Below are positions 18,341 to 25,521 of a stretch of DNA of 64,000 bases, in pieces. This stretch comes from an uncultured Gemmatimonadales bacterium (GTDB lineage Bacteria > Gemmatimonadota > Gemmatimonadetes > Gemmatimonadales > GWC2-71-9), in NCBI GenBank assembly GCA_963841505.1, contig CAWJCZ010000001.1, forward strand, positions 149,834 to 213,833, read 5' to 3'. Each line of letters begins with the position of its first letter. The stretch's first letter is position 1. The translations under genes were made by a program, and so were the position numbers. The notes under the pieces are model-generated. The model had not been told where the DNA came from, did no database searches, and worked only from the letters and a program-made list of their open reading frames with translations.

Positions 18341-21094
18341 CTAACGATTGATCCAGTAGTTGAGTTTCACCAGGAAGATGTTGTCCGCCTTCGCCGAGAA
18401 GAGGGCATCGACGTCACGGGAGAACTGGAGGTCCCCGACCCGGCTGGCAAAGTCGCTGCCGCTCCGGGTCCAGACCAGGAAGAGGGTCGAGCCGGGCCGG
18501 TACTCCCATCGGATCACCGCATTGCCCCGGAGCGATCGCAGGTTGAAATCAGGATTCGACACCACCATTTCGGGAGCAGGGCCGGTCCCGTCCGGATCGA
18601 TGTGATAGGTGTTGACTCGGCCGTTGGCGTCCAGGTCGGTGGTGACCGTCCCGATTCCTTCGCCGTAGACCACCACGTCGAGGCTCCGGGGGGCGGCGAT
18701 CTCCTTGAAGCGGCTGTAATGGGCGCTGGCGATAAACGGCTGGGCGTAGAGCTCGAAGCTCAGCGTCGGGGAGAATGTCAGGCTCATCCGGGTGTCGATA
18801 CTCGCGGTCTTCTGATCGATTCCTGCGAAGAGATAGCGGGAGCCATAGAAGGCCGTTGCGGTGGCATCGGTGAACCGGCTCACGTACTGCCGGTTGCTCC
18901 GGGAGTGATCGAAGTACGGCGAAAGAGACACCGAAAAGTTCGACGCGACCCGAACCTGCACCTGGGCAGAGATGCTCTTGTCGTCGTAGCCCTCGGAGCT
19001 GCGATAGTAGGAGGGGCTGAGGCTCAATCCGATCCGTTTGCGGCTGTCGGTGTTGACGCTCAGGGAGTAGTACATGCTGCCGGGGCGCTTGACCACCGGG
19101 CCGCCGCGGGTCAGCCGGTCATCGTAGACGCTGGGCCGGTGGATGACGAACGTGTTCACACTCCAGTAGTTCCGAAACGTGCCAAACAGTCCGCCATGAA
19201 CCTGGGTGTCGGTCCGGTCGCCGTCGAAATTCATGGCGGCCTGGGTGCCCGCCACGATGAAATAGTTCTGGTACCAGCGGGTCGGCTTGCTCAGGGACAG
19301 GGCGAGATTGGTGTTGCCCCACAGGTAGTCGGCCCGGGTATTGAACGCCACGTCATTAGCCTCGAAGCCCGGGGTCCGCCAGTTCACCGTGCTCTCGAAA
19401 AGAATCTTCCCGGCGTCCTTGGCGAACCGGGTGTATCCCCCTAACCCGCGTAGCCGGCTCAGGGTCGGGTCGTACCCGTTGGTCAGGAATCCGTTGCCGT
19501 GGCTCTCCCGGTCGGGGCGCTGGAAGTACCGGGCGCTCGAATTCTGGAGCCGGAGGATCGCGGCGGGGTCGCCCACGTTGTTGGTCAGGGCGAGGTTGCC
19601 CACCACCGAATAGGTACGATTCTTCCAGCGGGCGGCGTAATCGAACCCGACCGATTCGGAGTGCCGGTTGAGCCGCTGCACCAGCAGGGGATCCTCCAGC
19701 GAGCGGATCACCGAGGTGACCATCCCACCCACCACGAGGTTGCCGCCCCGCATGTCCTGCTTCATCCGGCCCACGAAATAGTTGGTGAGTGGCTCGACTT
19801 CCTGCTTGATCTCGTCGCCATCTACCAGCGCCGTGGCGCGCTCCCGGCCGGTCACCGCGTTGAGGAGGCCCAGGGTCGTTCCGCCCCGGGTCCGGCCGGT
19901 GACCTTGGCCGCGCCGAGGATAGAGGTCGCGTCCGGAATCGAGGAATAGGTCGCATCGGAGGGGAGCACCCCTTGGGGCGACCGGCCGATTCGCCGGCTG
20001 TAGAAGAGCGACAGCGACGACACGTTGCTGCAGAAGAAACAGCTGAAGCCGCCGAACCCGAAGGTCCCGCTGCCTTCGATGAAGAAAGGCCGCTTCTCCT
20101 GAAAAAATGTCTCGAACGCCGAGAGGTTCACCACCGCGGGATCCACTTCGACCTGGCCGAAGTCCGGATTGATGGTGGCGTCGAGCGTGATGTTCGAAGT
20201 CAGCAGGTACTTGAGGTCCGCGCCAAACCGGCCGTCCACCTTGCGCTGGTGATAATACGGGTCGCCGGGGTCGCCCGGCTGGAGCCGTTGATAGCGCGCC
20301 ACCGTGTAGGGCAGGAGCTCCAGGCGGCGGGCCGATGACTGGCCCGGCATCAGCTCGGTGATGTGGCCGAACCGGGAAGGCCCACCGGTTTCATCGGGCC
20401 CCCAGTAGGACCACATCGAGATCTCGTTGGTGCGCGCTTCGGTCCGCCAGACCTGCATCCCCCAGACCTGCACCGAATCCCGCGCAAAACGAAGTTGGGA
20501 GAACGGAATCCGGAACTCGGCGGTCCAACCCAGTGAATCGATCTGGGTTTTCACTTGCCAGACCGGGTCCCAGGATTCGTCGGCGTTTTCGGACGCCTGG
20601 CCGGCGTCACTCTTCACGCCCGAGGGATTGACCGAGAAAATGGTGCGCCCCAGATGGTTGTGGTACGTGTCGAAAATGAACTGAATCAGATCGCTGTTGG
20701 CCGCCTCGCCGTCGCGCCGGACCAGCTGACTCCGCACCCCCGCGGCTCCCTTCTCATCGAACATCCGGGCGCCGAGGTACAACGCATCGTCGTCAAAGAG
20801 AATCCGGATCTCGGTCCGCTGGGTCGCGGGATTTCCCGGGTTGGGCTGCGCTTGCCGGAAATCCGTGGCGATCTGGGCCTCTTTCCAGACCGCCTCGTCG
20901 AGCTTTCCATCCAGGATGATCGGAGTATCCCGTCGGAGCGCGCGAATCGAGGGCGACGGAATGGCGTGCATGGCGGCGGTGTGGGACTCGCGAGAGACTG
21001 AGCCCTCATTGCTTGCGGCCTGGGCGCCGAGCCGGACCGGGGCGGCGGCCGTCAGGAGGAGCATCCATTGGGGAAAGCGCTTCCGCATTGCCAC
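18341..21094 (-). CDS. CBM9-like + DUF5916 outer-membrane beta-barrel protein
   Basis: 917 aa with a signal peptide. IILDGKLDEAVWKEAQIATDFRQAQPNPGNPATQRTEIRILFDDDALYLGARMFD is the CBM9/DUF5916 N-terminal signature. The ORF is uninterrupted. Confidence 0.7.
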   Translation of the reverse strand: MAMRKRFPQWMLLLTAAAPVRLGAQAASNEGSVSRESHTAAMHAIPSPSIRALRRDTPIILDGKLDEAVWKEAQIATDFRQAQPNPGNPATQRTEIRILFDDDALYLGARMFDEKGAAGVRSQLVRRDGEAANSDLIQFIFDTYHNHLGRTIFSVNPSGVKSDAGQASENADESWDPVWQVKTQIDSLGWTAEFRIPFSQLRFARDSVQVWGMQVWRTEARTNEISMWSYWGPDETGGPSRFGHITELMPGQSSARRLELLPYTVARYQRLQPGDPGDPYYHQRKVDGRFGADLKYLLTSNITLDATINPDFGQVEVDPAVVNLSAFETFFQEKRPFFIEGSGTFGFGGFSCFFCSNVSSLSLFYSRRIGRSPQGVLPSDATYSSIPDATSILGAAKVTGRTRGGTTLGLLNAVTGRERATALVDGDEIKQEVEPLTNYFVGRMKQDMRGGNLVVGGMVTSVIRSLEDPLLVQRLNRHSESVGFDYAARWKNRTYSVVGNLALTNNVGDPAAILRLQNSSARYFQRPDRESHGNGFLTNGYDPTLSRLRGLGGYTRFAKDAGKILFESTVNWRTPGFEANDVAFNTRADYLWGNTNLALSLSKPTRWYQNYFIVAGTQAAMNFDGDRTDTQVHGGLFGTFRNYWSVNTFVIHRPSVYDDRLTRGGPVVKRPGSMYYSLSVNTDSRKRIGLSLSPSYYRSSEGYDDKSISAQVQVRVASNFSVSLSPYFDHSRSNRQYVSRFTDATATAFYGSRYLFAGIDQKTASIDTRMSLTFSPTLSFELYAQPFIASAHYSRFKEIAAPRSLDVVVYGEGIGTVTTDLDANGRVNTYHIDPDGTGPAPEMVVSNPDFNLRSLRGNAVIRWEYRPGSTLFLVWTRSGSDFASRVGDLQFSRDVDALFSAKADNIFLVKLNYWINR

Positions 21095-21272
21095 CTCTGC
21101 TGGATCCCGTTGGGTCGTAACGGGATTTGATGCCTCGGAGCAGCGAAACGTTGCCGCCGAACCCTCGTCAGACCGACCCGGTCACTACGACAATGCCGCC
21201 AGGAAGGTTCTGAGCCATGAACTCGACACCGATCCTCGGAAATCATTTGAATTCAGCTTTCAAGGCGCCGAG

Positions 21273-21301
21273 TTGAATCGGGCGGATGATCAGCCTATCT
21301 T
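21273..21301 (+). promoter_or_regulatory. sigma-70-like promoter candidate for efp (TTGAAT-N17-TATCTT) overlapping an 8-bp palindrome
   Basis: TTGAAT at 21273-21278, a 17-nt spacer, TATCTT at 21296-21301. The hairpin CAGCCTAT-cttt-ATAGGCTG at 21291-21310 overlaps the -10 element. Confidence 0.3.
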
Positions 21302-21334
21302 TATAGGCTGTCTGCGTTTACGGGATTGGAAACC

Positions 21335-21901
21335 ATGGGAATCATTGCGAGCGACATCCGCCGGGGCATGGCGATCATTTTCAACGGGGAGCCTTGCCGG
21401 GTCCTCGAGTTCCACCACCACACGCCGGGGAATCTCCGGGCCATGGTGCAGGCCAAGCTGCGTCGCCTCAAGACCGGGACCCAGATCGAGCACCGGTTCC
21501 GCTCGACCGATACCGTGGACGTGGCGGATCTGGAAACCCACGAGCTCGACTTCATGTACCGGGCCGGGACGACCTACCACTTCATGAACGCCGACAACTT
21601 CGACCAGCTCGAGATCGACGAGGAAACGCTGGGCGATGCCGCCAAGTGGATGGCCGAGGGCATGCGGATTCTGGCGGAGTGGTACGAAGGGCGACCCATC
21701 GGGATTCAGCTTCCGTCCGCCCTCACGCTCGAGGTGGCGGACACCACCCCGGTCATGAAGACCGCGACCAAGACCGCCTCCAGCAAGCCCGCCACCCTCA
21801 GCAATGGCGTCACCATCAACGTGCCTGAATTCATCCAGCCCGGCGAGCGGGTACGGGTGAATCCGACCACGGGCGAGTACATCGACCGCGCCAAGGAATA
21901 A
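21335..21901 (+). CDS. efp: translation elongation factor P
   Basis: Full-length similarity to EF-P (FNGEPCRVLEF...AKLRRLKTG...YHFMNADNFDQLEI...KPATLSNGVTINVPEFIQPGERVRVNPTTGEYIDRA). ATG 21335 is preferred to the track TTG at 21326. Confidence 0.9.
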   Translation: MGIIASDIRRGMAIIFNGEPCRVLEFHHHTPGNLRAMVQAKLRRLKTGTQIEHRFRSTDTVDVADLETHELDFMYRAGTTYHFMNADNFDQLEIDEETLGDAAKWMAEGMRILAEWYEGRPIGIQLPSALTLEVADTTPVMKTATKTASSKPATLSNGVTINVPEFIQPGERVRVNPTTGEYIDRAKE

Positions 21902-21970
21902 GGGTCAGACTCCTTTTCCTGGTCCGCGATGGAATGATTCGCGGCGCGGAAAAAACGGTCCCCTTCTTTA

Positions 21971-22201
21971 GTGGCATTGGACCGAATCTGGAGGAATGGC
22001 GAGGCTGCCCGCTATTTCCTTCCTGGAATTCCCCAACACGTCATCCAGCGCGGGAATAACCGCTCGGCCCTGTTCACCGCGTCGGATGACTACCGATTTT
22101 GCCGGTTTCTTCATGGAATTTCGGGCCTTCAAGCAAACTGCAGCTTCCGCTCTCTCTGGGTTCGGTCGCCCACTAAGATCGTCAACAGTAGACGCGAATG
22201 A
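21971..22201 (+). mobile_element. truncated REP-associated tyrosine transposase / IS200-like TnpA (COG1943) stub
   Basis: YFLPGIPQHVIQRGNNRSALFTASDDYRF matches the conserved N-terminus (PG.P.H.IQRGNNRQ..F..DEDY) of RAYT-type transposases. The catalytic remainder is missing. Confidence 0.5.
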
Positions 22202-22333
22202 GCGTGGGAACAGGGATGGAACCGATCAGCGCCTAGCTACTGCGAGTTTGGCCGACCGCCGATTGATCCTTCCCTGGTCCAGTTACCTCGACGACGCCCC
22301 CGGCCATCCGGATCGACTGGTCACGCGGCACGC

Positions 22334-22393
22334 TATAAGATGTTATAGTCGCGCGTCACGACTACAAGATGTTATAGTCCGACCTAACCCGCC
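22334..22393. repeat. REP-like element: 14-bp direct repeat AAGATGTTATAGTC (22337-22350, 22366-22379) flanking hairpin TAGTCG-cgcgtca-CGACTA, followed by CCTAACCCG
   Basis: Read directly from the sequence. The minus strand contains GTAG next to the palindrome, as in REP heads. It lies 130 nt downstream of the transposase stub. Confidence 0.55.
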
Positions 22394-22513
22394 TCAATAA
22401 TTGCTTGCGTACTAACCGGATTTTTTGTACCTTCGTGTGGAAGGCCTTGTCCGTTTGCTGCATACCGGTTTCCTGTGGGCGCACCTAACGCCGCAGCAGA
22501 GGGAGGAGAGCGA

Positions 22514-23860
22514 ATGTCTCTCTTCAGACGATCCAAGCCGGCATTGGGCCATCTGTTCATAATTGCCGTGGTGGCCGCCTGTACTGAAAGCACTATCGGC
22601 CCACGTAGGCTTCCATTTACTACTCTTCCACTATTCTCGGTCCATTCCATCTCTGATGACCAATGGCCATTTTCTCTCAGTCCTTCAAACAGCAATGACA
22701 CTGTTGGCCCCTACACCATCACCACTCTACCCCGGTGGACTCTCCTAGAGCTGATCGTGTCCGGATCTGAGGAGGCTACGTACGAGTATGGGCCTCATAT
22801 CGGGGAGGCGACTGGGTTCACTTAGGGACCAGGTGGTGAGCCAACTCTCAGCGGTTGTTCTGGAGCGAATATCGCCATCACCTTCACCACAGGAGGTGGC
22901 TACACGTGGTGTGGGAACGACACAACGTCCAGTGTCGTCTCAATCGCCAAGGGGACGGGGGTAGTCTTTTGGAATCCGGGGCCTGGGGACGTACACATAC
23001 CCGAGTGCGGTCGCCCTCCATATAGTCCGTGTTACTCGATAAGCGGGACTTTCGATGTAACTGTTAAGAAACCTGCCACAACGCTTTCTTTAACTCCGGA
23101 TGCAATCTCGACCACGGCCGGAGCAGAACTAACCTGGTATCTCACCCTGACACCCTACAGCTACCACGGAGTAGCATTTCCGTTTCAGATCCAGGATTAC
23201 TGGAAGTACTACGCTGACTCTGGAGGAACGTATTCTGTTTGCCTTTTCTACGACAGTTGTTCCTATTCTCCAACGAAGACTGGAACGATCAAGGTCCCTG
23301 TGTTTGTCCAGGGAGACAGCGTCATGATGTTTGGCAAAGTCTACGTGTTCCCATGCCTGATTGGAGACTCCTTGCTTGACGACCCGATCATCCGACAGGG
23401 CCTTCGTGATGCATGGGCTGGCTCCAACCCTGATGGGAATGCCAATGACCGTACTGAGAGATACGGTGGCAAGGCTTGCACGAACGGAGTGTGTTCTCCA
23501 GTGTTGGGACCTATCGGGGCCAACGACAACGCTTGCAGGAATTTCCCGAGCGATCCGTCTGGAAGTTGGACAGTCACCTGGCATACCCACCCGTTCATGC
23601 CAGGTGATACCCTAGACCCACTACCATCGGATTCTACGAAGTGCGCTTGGCCAAGGGACACGAATGGGAATCCTTTTCAACCGCCGAGTCCCCGTAAGTC
23701 AGCTCCAAGGCCCTCACGTGAAGATCGGGTGACCAATTCCTGGCTTCCAAGAATCGTGATAGACAAGCAGAACGTCTACTTCTTACCCGCCAATGATACC
23801 CTTACGGTCAAGACCTTCGACAGGAACACTTGCGACCCGCTTGCCGGTGCTATCTATTAA
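22514..23860 (+). CDS. lipoprotein with Cys-rich middle region and tentative JAB/MPN-like C-terminal motif, interrupted by one in-frame TAG (22823-22825)
   Basis: GGAGG plus ATG 22514. Lipobox IIAVVAAC. Frame 2 is open from 22514 to 23860 except for the TAG (hand-translated). The C-terminus has ERYGG...WHTHP...PSREDRV. Track ORFs 22475..22825 and 23300..23860 are in the same frame. Confidence 0.55.
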
Positions 23861-23900
23861 ATGCGATGGTGGGAGGGTCATCCCAGCCTTGGAGTTCAAG

Positions 23901-24302
23901 ATGCGATACTCGACACTTCTAGTATTCGTCGTACTCAGTGGGGTTTCGACAGCTGCTCGTAGTCAGTCGAGTTGCTTGAACGACGGTGGAGTGGGCCTCC
24001 AACTCATTGCACTCAAGCAGATGGTTGCCTCCAATGATTCACTAACATTGGCCAAGCTGTCGATCATTAAAGTTGACAGCTCACAGGTTGTGGCGGTATC
24101 GACCGACTCGGTCTGCTCGCCTGCTGTCTCGTCCTTCCGCTCCAAACTCGGACTCTCAACTAGTCCGACAACAGCCTATGTATTCCAGGTCGGAGCCAGT
24201 CGTTTGGTAGTGCTGCATCCCTCCATCGGATCGGGCGAGTTTCGAACCCACGTTGTAATGCGAGCATCGGATTACGTGGTTCTTGACGTCTTTGAAGGCT
24301 AG
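23901..24302 (+). CDS. small secreted hypothetical protein
   Basis: ATG 23901. Signal peptide MRYSTLLVFVVLSGVSTAARSQ. 133 aa, low GC, no recognisable family. Confidence 0.5.
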   Translation: MRYSTLLVFVVLSGVSTAARSQSSCLNDGGVGLQLIALKQMVASNDSLTLAKLSIIKVDSSQVVAVSTDSVCSPAVSSFRSKLGLSTSPTTAYVFQVGASRLVVLHPSIGSGEFRTHVVMRASDYVVLDVFEG

Positions 24303-24329
24303 CACTTGCAGTGGGCCGAGGACCCCATT

Positions 24330-25448
24330 TCAGACCCGCAGTACGAGACCCCGTCGCTCCATAACCCGCAGTATCCCGTACCACAGCGCCACAAACCCGA
24401 TCGCATAACCGAGCGAGGCGACTCGTGGCGGCAGCCACGACGCGAATGCGGCGTGGTAGATCCCCTGTTGCAGCGACGTCGTGCCGTCGGCCGAGGGCAG
24501 CCGGATCATGCCGAGGACCCGGGCCATCGCCCCGGAGCCAATGAACGCGGTGAGCGGGTTGAGCCCATAGGTCACCAGCGGCGCGGCCCAGCGATTCTTT
24601 CCCTTGACGTCCATGATCCAGGAAATCACCCCGAGGATTACTGCGGCCATCCCGGCGGTGAAGACCACGTAGGAGCTGGTCCACAGGTTCTTGTTGATGG
24701 GGAGGGCCCAGTTCCATACCAGGCCCGCCATCATTCCAATCGCTCCGGCCGAAAACAGGCCGTTCAGCCGTTCGGCCAGCGGAAGGGGCCGGGTCAGCCA
24801 GCGCCCGGTGAGGAGACCGAGGAGACAGGTGCCAATCGCCGGCAGGGTCGAGAGGAGACCTTCGGGGTCCCAGGTCCGGGATTCCTTCCAGAGGTGGGTG
24901 CCGAAGATGCTACGGTCGATCCAGGCCGACAGGGTCTCGCCCGGAACATCGATCGTGGGATGGACAACCCCGGGCGGCGCAATGAGGGTCTGAAGGCCCC
25001 AGTAGCCGAACAGGAGCACGACGACGATCAGGGTGATCCGACGCCAGGAGCTGCCCCGGGCCAGGAATGCGGTGGCCAGATAACACAGGCCGATCCGCTG
25101 GAGCACGCCGGGGAAGCGAACTTCGGTGATTCGGGTCAGGGGAAACCACGGGAAGGACTGAAGCATCAAACCAAGGAAGATGATGAGCAGTCCACGCTTC
25201 AGAATCCGGAGCCGGACCGAGGCAGGTGCAATTCCCCTCCGCTCGGCACTCTCCAGCGAGAGGTGGCTGGTGATGCCCACGATGAATACAAAGAACGGGA
25301 AGATGAGATCGGTCGGGGTCCAGCCGTGCCAGGGTGCGTGCTCGAGCGGCGGGAAGATCGCGCTCCAGGTCCCGGGATTGTTGACCAGCAGCATCCCCGC
25401 GATAGTCAGGCCGCGGAATGCGTCCAGGGCGGCGAGGCGCTCCCGCAT
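24330..25448 (-). CDS. acyltransferase, heparan-alpha-glucosaminide N-acetyltransferase-like (DUF1624/DUF5009)
   Basis: GGAGGA plus ATG 25448. RLAALDAFRGLTIAGMLLVNNPG...PLEHAPWHGWTPTDLIFPFFVFIVG is the family signature. The track ORF extends spuriously to 26159. Confidence 0.75.
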   Translation of the reverse strand: MRERLAALDAFRGLTIAGMLLVNNPGTWSAIFPPLEHAPWHGWTPTDLIFPFFVFIVGITSHLSLESAERRGIAPASVRLRILKRGLLIIFLGLMLQSFPWFPLTRITEVRFPGVLQRIGLCYLATAFLARGSSWRRITLIVVVLLFGYWGLQTLIAPPGVVHPTIDVPGETLSAWIDRSIFGTHLWKESRTWDPEGLLSTLPAIGTCLLGLLTGRWLTRPLPLAERLNGLFSAGAIGMMAGLVWNWALPINKNLWTSSYVVFTAGMAAVILGVISWIMDVKGKNRWAAPLVTYGLNPLTAFIGSGAMARVLGMIRLPSADGTTSLQQGIYHAAFASWLPPRVASLGYAIGFVALWYGILRVMERRGLVLRV

Positions 25449-25521
25449 GATTCCTCCGACGAGGTATCTTCCGAATGAGTCTCCCAAGATACCGTCGTTC
25501 AGCAGGTTGTGATTCAGTATC

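Noticed and set aside
21104-21126. Hairpin ATCCCGTT-gggtcgt-AACGGGAT in the leader of the DUF5916 gene.
   Set aside because: It is a short stem with no conservation information, so I did not call it a regulatory element.
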